46,737 nt of DNA from Actinomycetes bacterium (lineage in GTDB: Bacteria; Actinomycetota; Actinomycetes; Actinomycetales; BWSM-131). The notes under the pieces are model-generated. The model had not been told where the DNA came from. It ran no database searches and was given only the letters and a program-made list of their open reading frames with translations. The stretch lies in the NCBI GenBank assembly GCA_046566325.1, contig JBKHWX010000094.1, positions 1 to 46,737 of the forward strand, given 5' to 3'. This document shows, one piece after another, positions 7,639 through 16,869 of the stretch (its first letter is position 1; every line of letters starts with the position of its first letter). The translations under genes and the position numbers were made by a program.

Positions 7639-8669
7639 GTGGCGTTGGGGCGGGGGCGCAGGTGCGTACGGGGAGCCCGTGGGTGTCTGGTGGCCGCCGT
7701 CCTGGCTGGGCTGCTCGCCGTCGCAGGGGGCGCACCGGCCGGTCAGACCCCACGCCTGTACGCGCAAGGCGCCACGCACGCCGCGCAGTGGGTCGAGACC
7801 TCTCCGGACGACGTCCCGGCCCCGTTCCTGCGACGTCTTGCCGGGACGCCTCAGGCGCGGTGGTTCATCGACCCCGACCCGGTGTCCGCGGCGGTCGACG
7901 TGGGCGCGTACGTCGACGCCGCGGCCCGAGCGGGAGCCGTGCCGGTCGTCGTCCTCTATGCGCGGCCGGACCGGGACTGCGGGGGAGCGAGCGCGGGCGG
8001 CGCCGACGACTGGGCCGCCTACTCGCGCTGGGTCGCGGCGGTCGCGGCCGCGATCGGCCAGCGGGAGTCGCTCGTGCTGCTGGAGCCGGACTCGTTGGCG
8101 CTGCAGAAGTGTCTGTCACCCGAGCAGCAGCGCGCCGTGAGGACGCGCTCGCCGACGCGGTCGACGTCCTCGAACGAGAAAGCGCTGCTCGCGTCTACCT
8201 GGACGGCGGCCATTCCGACTGGCTTCCCGTCGCCGTACAGGCGGAGCGCCTGCGCGCGGCCGGCGTGGCGCGCGCCGACGGGTTCGTGACCAACGTGTCG
8301 AACTACCGGCGCACCTCCGACGAGCTGGCCTACGGAGCCCGGCTGAGACACCTGCTGGGCGACCACCTGGAGCAGGTCGTGGACACCAGCCGCAACGGCG
8401 CCGGGCCGCTGGGCACGCTGTGGTGCGACCCCCCGGGCCGCCGTCTCGGTCCTGCGCCGACGCTGCGAACAGGCGAGACGGGCGTCGCCGCCTACCTGTG
8501 GGTCAACGCGCCCGGCGAGGCCGACGGCTGCGCAGCGCCCGCCGGCGAGTTCGTCCCCGAGCTCGCGGTCGAGCTGGCGGGAGGAGGCACGCCCACCTCC
8601 ACCCCCACGCCCACCCCCACCCCCACCCCCACGTCGGTTCGTCCCCCGCGAGCGGGTGGTGCCCGCTGA
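7639..8669 (+). pseudogene. Glycoside hydrolase family 6 (cellulase) remnant, frameshifted and lacking a carbohydrate-binding module
   Basis: The N-terminal half is in frame 1: a signal-like 'VALGRGRRCVRGARGCLVAAVLAGLLAVAGG', then 'ARWFIDPDP', 'VVLYARPDRDCGG' and 'LLEPDSLA'. After about 8131-8142 the homology continues in frame 3: 'ARVYLDGGHSDWL', 'FVTNVSNYR', 'VVDTSRNGAG', 'WCDPPGRRLG' and 'YLWVNAPGEADG'. The ORF ends right after a TPTSTPTPTPTPTPTS linker. Confidence 0.8.
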
Positions 8670-8758
8670 CGAAGTGGTGGTTGGAAAGGGATATTTCCGG
8701 CGCGATCACAACCCGTTCGTCAGCGAACCTCGGAGCACGATTCGTCAGCGAACCTCGG
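8664..8758 (-). repeat. About 70-bp palindromic intergenic repeat, copy B (inverted relative to copy A), plus an 18-nt terminal duplication
   Basis: CGCTGACGAA (8664-8673) pairs with TTCGTCAGCG (8716-8725). The inner pair is GGTnGTTG/CAnAACC, and the AT-rich core is GGAAAgggatATTTCC. TTCGTCAGCGAACCTCGG occurs twice (8716-8733 and 8741-8758). The element overlaps the GH6 stop codon. Confidence 0.75.
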
Positions 8759-8788
8759 GGGGAGGAGGGAAGGGGGAGCGGCCGGCTC

Positions 8789-10321
8789 TCAGCTGCGCAG
8801 CGAGCCCATCCACTCCTCGACGTCGTCGGGTCGGCGCGGCAGCATCGCGGACAGGTTCTCGCAGCCGTCCTCGGTGACCAGCACGTCGTCCTCGATGCGC
8901 ACGCCGATGCCGCGGAGCTCCTCCGGGGCGGCGAGGTCGTCGGCCTTGAAGTAGAGCCCGGGCTCGATGGTGAAGATCATTCCGGGCTTCAGCTCCGCGT
9001 CGAGGTACATCTCGCGCCGCGCCTGCGCACAGTCGTGCACGTCGATCCCGAGATGGTGCGAGGTGCCGTGCACCATCCAGCGGCGGTGGTAGCCGCCCTT
9101 CTCGGTGTCCAGGGACTCCTCCGCGCTCACCGGCAGCAGACCCCACTCCTCCAGCCGCGCGGCGATGACGTCCATCGCCGCCGCGTGCAGGTCCCGGAAC
9201 TTGCTCCCGGGCCGGGCGACGGCGAACGCGGCGTCCGCGGCGTCGAGCACGGCCTGGTAGACCTTGCGCTGTGCCTTCGAGTACGTGCCGTTGACCGGCA
9301 GGGTGCGCGTGACGTCCGCGGTGTACAGGGAGTCCAGCTCGACGCCCGCGTCGAGGAGCACCAGGTCGCCCTCGCGCACCTCGCCGTCGTTGCGGATCCA
9401 GTGCAGCGTGCACGCGTGCTCACCCGCTGCGGCGATCGTGTCGTAGCCGACCCCGTTGCCCTCCCGGCGGGCGTGCGACTCGAAGGCCGTCTCGATCACG
9501 CGCTCGCCCCGGCGGTGGGCGACGGCGTCGGGCAGCGCCCGGACGACGTCCGCGAAGCCCTTGGCGCTGGCCTGGACGGCGAGGCGCATCTGCTCGATCT
9601 CCCAGGCGTCCTTGACGAGCCGCATCTCGGACAGGAACTCCGCCAGCGCCGCGTCGAGCTCGGCGTACTCCTCGACGGACAGCCCGCTGTCGGCCCGCGC
9701 CGCCGCGACCTCGGCCTCGACGGCGGCGTCGGAGTCCGGCACGGCACGGACACGGACACCGTCGGGGCCGACGTCCTTGCGCAGCGCGTCGCCGAGCTCG
9801 TCGATGTGCCGGCAGGTCAGCCCCGTCTCGGCCTCGACCTCCTCCAGGCTCGGCCGGGCACCCACCCACAGCTCGCCATAACGGGAGTCCGCGTAGAACT
9901 CCTCGCTGTCGCGACCTGCCCGCGGGCGGAAGTAGAGCAGCCCTTCGTGGCCGCCCCCGCTCTTCGGCTCCAGCACGAGGACGGCGTCCGGCTCGCGGTC
10001 TCCGCCCAGTCCCGTCAGGTAGGCGAAGGCGGAGTGCGGCCGGAAGCGGTAGTCGGTGTCGTTGCTGCGGACCTTCAGCGGCCCCGCCGGCACCACGATG
10101 CGCTCGCCTGGGAAGGCCTCGCCCACACGGTCGCGCCGCGCCCCCGTGTAGTCGGCGACCGCCGCGCGCTGGGGCAGGACGTCCGGGCGGGGCGCCCAGT
10201 CCCGCCCGATGAACCGCTTGAAGGCCTCGGACGTCGGCCGCTGGCTGCGGTTCGAGCCCCGCTCCGAGAGGGGCTGCTTCGGCGCGGTCTCTGACGGCTC
10301 GGGCTGGCCGGTCTCGCTCAT
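8789..10321 (-). CDS. pepP: Xaa-Pro aminopeptidase (aminopeptidase P, M24B)
   Basis: The N-terminal AMP_N-like 'RSNDTDYRFRPHSAFAYLTG' is present. M24 metal-ligand contexts are 'LVLLDAGVELDSLYTADVTRT', 'HGTSHHLGIDVHD', 'FTIEPGLY' and 'GVRIEDDVLVT'. Confidence 0.92.
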   Translation of the reverse strand: MSETGQPEPSETAPKQPLSERGSNRSQRPTSEAFKRFIGRDWAPRPDVLPQRAAVADYTGARRDRVGEAFPGERIVVPAGPLKVRSNDTDYRFRPHSAFAYLTGLGGDREPDAVLVLEPKSGGGHEGLLYFRPRAGRDSEEFYADSRYGELWVGARPSLEEVEAETGLTCRHIDELGDALRKDVGPDGVRVRAVPDSDAAVEAEVAAARADSGLSVEEYAELDAALAEFLSEMRLVKDAWEIEQMRLAVQASAKGFADVVRALPDAVAHRRGERVIETAFESHARREGNGVGYDTIAAAGEHACTLHWIRNDGEVREGDLVLLDAGVELDSLYTADVTRTLPVNGTYSKAQRKVYQAVLDAADAAFAVARPGSKFRDLHAAAMDVIAARLEEWGLLPVSAEESLDTEKGGYHRRWMVHGTSHHLGIDVHDCAQARREMYLDAELKPGMIFTIEPGLYFKADDLAAPEELRGIGVRIEDDVLVTEDGCENLSAMLPRRPDDVEEWMGSLRS

Positions 10322-10427
10322 CCGGTCATCCTCTCATCGGCCCCGCGGCGTGGCACCCAGTCGGCCCGGCCCGCACGGCCCGGCGTCGGCGCGCACATCG
10401 TCGCGCGCCTACCTACGGTCTTGTCTT

Positions 10428-12776
10428 ATGGCTAGTAACGAGACTCCTGACAGAAGCGCTGCCGAGAAGGCCGTCGACGCGGCCGCATCGCTCGCCGGCA
10501 AGGCCAAGGACGCCGTCGCCCAGGCTGCCGAGGGAGTGCAGGACGCCGTGGCCGGCATCCGGATCCCCGGAGCACCGGGCAGCGAGCCGCCGTCCCTTGA
10601 GGAGCCCACCGAGCCACGCGACCCCCTGCCCCCGAAGCCGGACCAGCAGGGCGTCGCACCGTTCTCCCCGACCGGCAACGACGACCCCGCCGCGCCCGAC
10701 GCCCGCGCACAGCAGGGCCCCTACCTGACGACGGCCCAGGGCGTCCGCCTCTACGACACCGACCACTCGCTCAAGGCCGGGCCTCGCGGGCCGGTCCTCA
10801 TCCAGGACCACCACCTGCGCGAGAAGATCATGCACTTCGACCACGAGCGGATCCCGGAGCGCGTGGTGCACGCCCGCGGCACCGGTGTGCACGGCGTGTT
10901 CCGCTCGTACGGCGCCGCGGCGTCCGTCACGAGAGCCGCGTTCCTCGCCGAGGGCGCCGAGACCCCGGTGTTCGTGCGGTTCTCGAACGTGGTCGGGTCG
11001 CGTGGGTCGGCCGACGTCGTCCGCGACACCCGGGGCTTCGCGACGAAGTTCTACACGACCGAGGGCAACTTCGACCTCGTCGGCAACAACATCCCGGTCT
11101 TCTTCATCCAGGACGCCATCAAGTTCCCCGACATCGTCCACTCCGTGAAGCCCGAGCCGGCCCGGGAGATCCCGCAGGCGCAGAGCGCCCACGACACCTT
11201 CTGGGACTTCGTCTCACTCCGCACCGAGGCCCAGCACCACGCCCTCTGGCAGATGTCGGACCGCGGCATCCCGCGCTCGTTCCGGATGATGGAGGGATTC
11301 GGCGTCCACACCTTCCGGCTCGTGAACGCCGACGGGCGGACGACGCTCGTGAAGTTCCACTGGAAGCCCCGGCTGGGCGCGCACTCGATGGTCTGGGAGG
11401 AGGCACAGCTCGTCAACGGCGTCGACCCCGACTTCCACCGCCGTGACCTGTACGACGCCATCGAGGCGGGCGCCTATCCCGAGTACGAGCTCGGCATCCA
11501 GACGTTCCCGGACACCGACGACGAGACCTTCGAGGGGATCGACCTGCTCGACCCCACCAAGATCGTCCCCGAGGAGCTGGCACCCGTGCAGCCGATCGGC
11601 CTGATGACGCTGAACGGCAACCCGACCAACTTCTTCGCGGAGGTCGAGCAGGTCGCCTTCCACCCCGGCCACCTGGTGCCGGGTATCGACGTCACCAACG
11701 ACCCGCTGCTGCAGGGGCGGCTGTTCTCCTACCTGGACACGCAGCTGATCCGCCTCGCCGGGCCGAACTTCTCCCAGATCCCCGTGAACCGTCCTCACGT
11801 GCCGGTCAACGACATGTTCCGGGACGGTCACCACCAGCACGCCGACCACGCCGGCAACGCTCCGTACAGGCCCAACAGCATCGACGGGGGCAACCCGTTC
11901 CCGGTCGGCGCCGAGGGTGGGGGCTACGTCGAGGTCCCCCAGCCGGTCAGCGGCGTGAAGGAGCGGCGCTCGCCGGCCTCGTTCGCCGATCACTTCAGCC
12001 AGGCCCGGCTGTTCTGGCTGAGCCTGACGCCGGTCGAGCAGGACCACACGATCCGGGCCTACTCGTTCGAGCTCGGGAAGTGCTACGAGCAGGCGGTCAA
12101 GGAGCGCCAGCTGCGGGCGCTCGCCAACATCGACCCCGAGCTCTGCGCGTGTGTGGCGGAGGCGCTGGGACTGCCCGCGCCCGACCCCTCGGAGCCCCTC
12201 GCCGACGTGCAGCCGAGCCCCGCGCTGTCGCAGGTGGGGCAGTCCTGGCCGGTGAGCGGACGCATGATCGGGATCGTCGCGGACGAGTCCAGCGACCTCG
12301 ACGGGGTGCGGGAGGTGCGGCAGGCGGTGCACGCGGCCGACATGGTGCCGCTCGTCATCGCCCCCCACGGCGGCATGCTCGAGGACGGGTCGGGGACGCC
12401 GGTGCCGGTCCAGCGGACGTTCCTGACGGCGCGGTCCGTCGAGTTCGACGCCGTCCTGCTGGCCGGTGCGCCCGCCCCCGCACCCGACGCGGTCCCGTCC
12501 GTCGACGCGAAGGCCGGGGAGCCGACCGTGGCGGTGGGCGGCGTCGCCGTCGACCCGCGCGTGACCCTGCTGGTCTCGGAGGCCTTCCGGCAGTGCAAGG
12601 CGATCGGGGCCTGGGGCCAGGGTGAGGCCGTGCTGACGGCCGCAGGCGCGAGCGGAGCCGGCGTCGTCCTCGGTGCCTCGCCCGCCGAGACCCTGCAGCA
12701 GGTGCAGGACCACCTGAGCAGGCACCGTGCCTGGGAGCGGTTCGACGTCGTCGGCGCGGCGACCGGGACGGTGTGA
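10428..12776 (+). CDS. katE: Large-subunit (HPII-type) monofunctional catalase
   Basis: '[15 protein letters not shown]', '[28 protein letters not shown]', '[17 protein letters not shown]' and '[18 protein letters not shown]' are present, plus a C-terminal DJ-1/PfpI-like domain ('MIGIVADES...[10 protein letters not shown]'). ATG 10428 gives MASNETPD. The part of ORF 10209 upstream of it overlaps the divergent pepP. Confidence 0.93.
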   Translation: MASNETPDRSAAEKAVDAAASLAGKAKDAVAQAAEGVQDAVAGIRIPGAPGSEPPSLEEPTEPRDPLPPKPDQQGVAPFSPTGNDDPAAPDARAQQGPYLTTAQGVRLYDTDHSLKAGPRGPVLIQDHHLREKIMHFDHERIPERVVHARGTGVHGVFRSYGAAASVTRAAFLAEGAETPVFVRFSNVVGSRGSADVVRDTRGFATKFYTTEGNFDLVGNNIPVFFIQDAIKFPDIVHSVKPEPAREIPQAQSAHDTFWDFVSLRTEAQHHALWQMSDRGIPRSFRMMEGFGVHTFRLVNADGRTTLVKFHWKPRLGAHSMVWEEAQLVNGVDPDFHRRDLYDAIEAGAYPEYELGIQTFPDTDDETFEGIDLLDPTKIVPEELAPVQPIGLMTLNGNPTNFFAEVEQVAFHPGHLVPGIDVTNDPLLQGRLFSYLDTQLIRLAGPNFSQIPVNRPHVPVNDMFRDGHHQHADHAGNAPYRPNSIDGGNPFPVGAEGGGYVEVPQPVSGVKERRSPASFADHFSQARLFWLSLTPVEQDHTIRAYSFELGKCYEQAVKERQLRALANIDPELCACVAEALGLPAPDPSEPLADVQPSPALSQVGQSWPVSGRMIGIVADESSDLDGVREVRQAVHAADMVPLVIAPHGGMLEDGSGTPVPVQRTFLTARSVEFDAVLLAGAPAPAPDAVPSVDAKAGEPTVAVGGVAVDPRVTLLVSEAFRQCKAIGAWGQGEAVLTAAGASGAGVVLGASPAETLQQVQDHLSRHRAWERFDVVGAATGTV

Positions 12777-12816
12777 CGGAGCCGCCTCCCCGAAGGGCGC
12801 CAGCCGGCTCAGCCGC

Positions 12817-13323
12817 TCACGGCCGGGCCGGCTCGGGCCTGCCCGGCTGCTCGCCGCCCCGCGCGTCCAGGTAACTCTGCTTGGGCACCATGACCTTCCG
12901 GCGGAACACGCACACGAGCGTCCCGTCCTGCTTGTGGCCGCGGGTCTCCACGTGGACGACGCCGCGGTCGTCCTTCGAGGTCGACTCCCACTTGTCCAGG
13001 ACGGTCGTCTCGCCGTAGATCGTGTCGCCGTGGAAGGTCGGTGCCACGTGCTTGAGCGACTCGACCTCCAGGTTCGCGATCGCCTTGCCGGACACGTCGG
13101 GCACGCTCATGCCGAGCAGCAGCGAGTAGATGTAGTTGCCGACCACCACGTTCTTGCCGAACTGCGTCGAGGACCCGGCGTAGTTCGCGTCCAGATGCAG
13201 TGGATGGTGGTTCATCGTGAGCAGGCAGAACAGGTGGTCGTCGTACTCGGTGACCGTCTTGCCGGGCCAGTGCTTGTACACCGCCCCGACCTCGAACTCC
13301 TCATACGTGCGGCCGAACTGCAT
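12817..13323 (-). CDS. MaoC-family (R)-specific enoyl-CoA hydratase/dehydratase (hot-dog fold)
   Basis: 'FEVGAVYKHWPGKTVTEYDDHLFCLLTMNHHPLHLDANYA...FGKNVVVGNYIYSLLLG...TFHGDTIYGETTVL' is the MaoC dehydratase pattern. The start is ATG 13323 (MQFGRTYEEF). Confidence 0.85.
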   Translation of the reverse strand: MQFGRTYEEFEVGAVYKHWPGKTVTEYDDHLFCLLTMNHHPLHLDANYAGSSTQFGKNVVVGNYIYSLLLGMSVPDVSGKAIANLEVESLKHVAPTFHGDTIYGETTVLDKWESTSKDDRGVVHVETRGHKQDGTLVCVFRRKVMVPKQSYLDARGGEQPGRPEPARP

Positions 13324-13387
13324 GAACGGGTCCCTCCGTCGTCGGTGATCGCCGTCATGCTGTCGCACGGGTCCAGGGATCGGCAGG

Positions 13388-13831
13388 TCACCCCCGCGGC
13401 AGCGCGTCCCACTCCGTCAGCGTCTCGCGCAGCAGCGGGGCCAGCTGCAGCCGGGCGAGCGCGTCGCGGTCGACCCAGCGGACGTCGGCCGCGTCGTCTC
13501 CCGGGACGGCTCGCCGCGCCGCGTCCCCACGCACGGAGCAGGCATAGTCGCGGATGACGTAGACGCGTCGGTCCGGTGCGTCGCGCTCCACCTCCCCCAC
13601 GAGGTGGTGGACGTCGACGGTCAGCCCGGTCTCCTCGGCGACCTCCCGCGCCACGGCGACGGCGTCGTCCTCGCCCGCTTCGACGCGGCCGCCGGGCAGG
13701 GACCAGCTGCCTGCGGCGGGAGGGTTCACGCGCTGCACGAGCAGCAGCCGGCCGTGCTCGTCGTAGACCAGAGCACCGACGCAGGGGACGCGGGGCGCGG
13801 GGTCGACGTCGTCCCGCTGGTCGCTCCTCAC
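13388..13831 (-). CDS. NUDIX hydrolase
   Basis: The Nudix box 'GGRVEAGEDDAVAVAREVAEETGL' (GX5EX7REUXEEXGU) is present. The ORF was trimmed to GTG 13831 (VRSDQRDD...). The upstream part of the listed ORF is Arg/Pro shadow. Confidence 0.8.
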   Translation of the reverse strand: MRSDQRDDVDPAPRVPCVGALVYDEHGRLLLVQRVNPPAAGSWSLPGGRVEAGEDDAVAVAREVAEETGLTVDVHHLVGEVERDAPDRRVYVIRDYACSVRGDAARRAVPGDDAADVRWVDRDALARLQLAPLLRETLTEWDALPRG

Positions 13832-13879
13832 CCGGCCACCGTAGGACGAACCTTGACGGAACGGCCCGAGCGGGGAACC

Positions 13880-14536
13880 GTGACATGGGTGCGGACCGAT
13901 GGTCGCTGCCCGCGCTGCGGGGGGTCGGCGCGCCCGCCGGGCGTGTGGACGAGCGACTGGTCGTGCTCCCGGCACGGCCCTGTGCACCCGCTGCTGCCGC
14001 CGCACCCGCCCACAGGCGCATGGCTGGACGACGTCGCCGCGCGCTCGCGGGTGCCGGTCTGGTCGCTGTGGCCGCTCCCCACGGGCTGGCTCTTCACCGG
14101 GCTCGCGGAGGCCGGCGCGCCGAAGAGCGGCCCACAGGCGACGGTGGTCGCGTTCTCCGGCCCGAACCCCGCGCCACGACCGGAGGCACCTGGGGAGCGG
14201 CCCGCCGACCTGCTGCTCGTCGCGGAGTCACCGGGCGTCGGGCTCGGCGCCTTCCTCGCCGGCCTGGACGACGTCGACCCCGGAGCGTCGGTCGGCTGCG
14301 GCCCCGCCCACGGCCAGGTCCGGGCCGACGGCCATGCGTCGTCCCTCTGGCTCGTGGACGGCCCGCCCGACCGCGCGACGTACGTGGGCGAGGCGGGCGG
14401 AGTCTGGCTCTACCTCGTCCTCTGGCCGGCCACGGCCGGTGTGCTGCTCGCCGAGCCCCTGCACCTGCGCGACGTGCGCGGCGACCCGGCGGCCGCGCGA
14501 CCACCGGCGGGCGCCCCGACGACGCGCCTCGGCTGA
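13880..14536 (+). CDS. Conserved hypothetical protein with an N-terminal CxxC...CxxH zinc-ribbon-like motif
   Basis: 'RCPRCGG...WSCSRHGPVHPL' is followed by 'VPVWSLWPLPTGWLFTG' and 'LWLVDGPPDRATYVGEAGGVWLYLVLWPATAG'. Third positions are G/C-rich. The start is GTG 13880 or GTG 13889. Function is unknown. Confidence 0.6.
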   Translation: MTWVRTDGRCPRCGGSARPPGVWTSDWSCSRHGPVHPLLPPHPPTGAWLDDVAARSRVPVWSLWPLPTGWLFTGLAEAGAPKSGPQATVVAFSGPNPAPRPEAPGERPADLLLVAESPGVGLGAFLAGLDDVDPGASVGCGPAHGQVRADGHASSLWLVDGPPDRATYVGEAGGVWLYLVLWPATAGVLLAEPLHLRDVRGDPAAARPPAGAPTTRLG

Positions 14537-14620
14537 CCTACTGGCTGACCCACGGGTCCCACCGAGAAGCACGCGCTCTCCCCCGGTGGGCCCGCTTCGG
14601 CCGACGACTACGCTCGCCGC

Positions 14621-15463
14621 GTGCGCATCGACCTGCACACGCACTCCACCGTGTCGGACGGGACCGAGCCCCCGGCGCAGGTGGTGCGGGCGGCCGCGCG
14701 CGCGGGTCTCGACGTCGTCGCCCTCACCGACCACGACTCGACCGCCGGCTGGGACGAGGCAGCGGCCGCCGCCGTCCGGTACGGCGTGCTTCTCGTGCGC
14801 GGGATGGAGGTCTCCAGCACCTACCGCGGCATCAGCGTCCACCTGCTCAGCTACCTGCACGACCCCGCGTCCCCTGGCCTGCTGCAGGAGGTCGACGCGG
14901 CACGCGAGTCGCGCGAGTACCGGGCGCGGCGCATGGTCGAGCGGATCGCGGACGACTACGACCTCGAGTGGGGGGACGTCGAGGCGCAGGCGGCCCAGGG
15001 GACGACGCTCGGCCGACCCCACATCGCCGACGCCCTGGTCGCCCGCGGCCACGTGGAGAGCCGGGACGAGGCGTTCGCGACAATTCTCCGCAGCCGGTCG
15101 CGCTACTTCGTGCCGCACTACGCCCCGGACGCCGTCAGCGCCGTCCGGCTCATCCGGGAGGCGGGCGGCGTTCCCGTGTTCGCCCACCCACTGGCCAGCG
15201 CCCGGGGCCGTGTCGTCGGGGACGACGCCATCGAGGAGCTCGTCGACGCGGGCCTCCTGGGCCTCGAGGTCGACCACCGGGACCACGACGACGCCGCTCG
15301 GCGGCACCTGCGCGACGTCGCCGCGGCGCACGACCTCCTCGTCACCGGGTCGAGCGACTACCACGGCGCCGGCAAGCAGAACCGGCTCGGGGAGTTCACC
15401 ACCGACCCCGAGGCGCTGCAGCGCATCGAGGACGACGGCACGCTCGAGGTCGTCCGTCCGTGA
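14621..15463 (+). CDS. PHP-domain metal-dependent phosphoesterase (TrpH/YciV-like)
   Basis: 'MRIDLHTHSTVSDGT', 'VVALTDHDS', 'GMEVS', 'VHLLSY', 'GGVPVFAHP', 'GLEVDHRDH' and 'TGSSDYHG' give the PHP His/Asp metal-ligand pattern. Confidence 0.9.
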   Translation: MRIDLHTHSTVSDGTEPPAQVVRAAARAGLDVVALTDHDSTAGWDEAAAAAVRYGVLLVRGMEVSSTYRGISVHLLSYLHDPASPGLLQEVDAARESREYRARRMVERIADDYDLEWGDVEAQAAQGTTLGRPHIADALVARGHVESRDEAFATILRSRSRYFVPHYAPDAVSAVRLIREAGGVPVFAHPLASARGRVVGDDAIEELVDAGLLGLEVDHRDHDDAARRHLRDVAAAHDLLVTGSSDYHGAGKQNRLGEFTTDPEALQRIEDDGTLEVVRP

Positions 15464-15533
15464 CGGACGTCGTGCTCGTCAGGCCGTCGGACGTCCCGCC
15501 CCTACCTCGCCGTCGCGCTCGGGACCAGGCACG

Positions 15534-15935
15534 TCAGGCCTCCGGACCAGGCATCACCTCGAACCACACCCGCTTGCCGGAGACGTTGCTCCGGCAGCCC
15601 CAGCGGTCCGCGAGCGCGTCGACCATCTGCAGGCCCCGGCCGCCGACGGCCCACAGGTCCTCCTCCAAGGGGACGACCTGGCCGGGCAGGACGTCGTCCA
15701 CCTCGACCCGCACCGCCCCCCGCCGAGCTCTGCCGGCCCGCAGGACGACCGGCCCGTTACCGTGGCGGATGGCGTTCGTCACCAGCTCGCTGGTCAGCAG
15801 GACCGCCACGTCCGCGGCGGCCGAGTCGACCCCCCAGCTCTCGAGCGTCGCGTCGAGCGCGCGCCGGGCCCGGGCGACCTCCGTCGGGTCGTCCTGCAGC
15901 CTGGCGATCACCTCCACGCCGGGATTGTCCAGCAC
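15534..15935 (-). CDS. RsbW/SpoIIAB-like anti-sigma-factor serine kinase (HATPase_c_2 domain)
   Basis: 'ARARRALDATLESWGVD...DVAVLLTSELVTNAIRHG...VRVEVDD...GGRGLQMVDALADRWG' is the N-box and G-box pattern of small anti-sigma kinases. The start is taken as GTG 15935. The rest of the 553-aa listed ORF is shadow. Confidence 0.7.
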   Translation of the reverse strand: MLDNPGVEVIARLQDDPTEVARARRALDATLESWGVDSAAADVAVLLTSELVTNAIRHGNGPVVLRAGRARRGAVRVEVDDVLPGQVVPLEEDLWAVGGRGLQMVDALADRWGCRSNVSGKRVWFEVMPGPEA

Positions 15936-16025
15936 GTCCAGGAGACCGGCAGAATGGGACGGCGTGACGACGTCCCGGTCGGAGGACCTCGTCGACAACC
16001 CGAACGGGCCCTGTTCTGGACCCGG

Positions 16026-16847
16026 ATGGAGGAGTGCGGACACGTGAACCGGGCGGCTCGTGTGCTGGCGGTGGCCAACCAGAAGGGAGGGGTCGCGAAG
16101 ACGACGACGGTCGCGTCGCTCGGCGCGGCGTTCTCGGAGCAGGGGCTGCGCGTGCTGCTGGTCGACCTCGACGCCCAGGCCTGTCTCACGTTCTCGCTCG
16201 GGATCGACGCCGACGAGGTCGAGTGCAGCGTCCACGACGTCCTGGTCGGGAGGGCGAAGGCCGCCGACGCGCGGCTCGAGGCGGACGACGGCGTCGACCT
16301 GCTTCCCGCCACGATCGACCTGGCTGGCACCGAGGCCCAGCTCCTGATGCGGCCCGGTCGCGAGTACGTGCTGAGGTCCGCGCTCGAGGACGTCGAGCCG
16401 GACTACGACGTCGTCCTGCTCGACTGCTCGCCGTCGCTCGGCGTCCTGACCCGGAACGCCCAGACCGCCGCGGACGAGGGCCTCGTCCCGCTCCAGTGCG
16501 AGATGCTCAGCCACCGCGGTGTCGGGCAGCTGCTCGACACGATCGCCGACGTCCAGCGGATCCTGAACCCCGACCTCGTGGTCCGCGGCGTCCTGCCCAC
16601 GATGTTCGACTCGCGCACCAGCCATGCGCGCGCTGTGCTCGCCGACGTGGGGGAGCGCTACGCCGTGCCCGTGCTCGCGCCGCCCATCCCGAAGTCGGTG
16701 CGGTTCGCCGAGGCGCCCGCGGTGGGCCGCTCGATCCTGACGACGGCCCGGGGGTCGAAGGGCGCCGCTGCCTACCGCGACGTCGCCGCCGACCTGCTGC
16801 AGCAGTGGAAGCTCGTGCCGGGACGGCGACCCGCGGCCCGCCTGTGA
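16026..16847 (+). CDS. ParA/Soj-family P-loop ATPase
   Basis: The deviant Walker A 'VANQKGGVAKTTT' is present, with 'LLVDLDAQA', 'DVVLLDCSPSLG' and 'IPKSVRFAEAPAVGRSI'. The start is ATG 16026 or GTG 16044. Confidence 0.9.
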   Translation: MEECGHVNRAARVLAVANQKGGVAKTTTVASLGAAFSEQGLRVLLVDLDAQACLTFSLGIDADEVECSVHDVLVGRAKAADARLEADDGVDLLPATIDLAGTEAQLLMRPGREYVLRSALEDVEPDYDVVLLDCSPSLGVLTRNAQTAADEGLVPLQCEMLSHRGVGQLLDTIADVQRILNPDLVVRGVLPTMFDSRTSHARAVLADVGERYAVPVLAPPIPKSVRFAEAPAVGRSILTTARGSKGAAAYRDVAADLLQQWKLVPGRRPAARL

Positions 16848-16869
16848 CGGCACCCTAGCCGGCGCCGCG

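Noticed and set aside
8131-8142. Programmed ribosomal frameshift in the GH6 gene.
   Set aside because: There is no slippery heptamer or obvious downstream stimulatory structure at the junction (cgcgccgtgagg). The gene also lacks its CBM, so decay or an indel is the simpler explanation.
8584-8640. A CCCAC/CCACG-rich low-complexity DNA stretch that looks like a simple-sequence or regulatory repeat.
   Set aside because: It is the coding sequence of the Pro/Thr (TPTSTPTPTPTPTPTS) inter-domain linker of the GH6 remnant.
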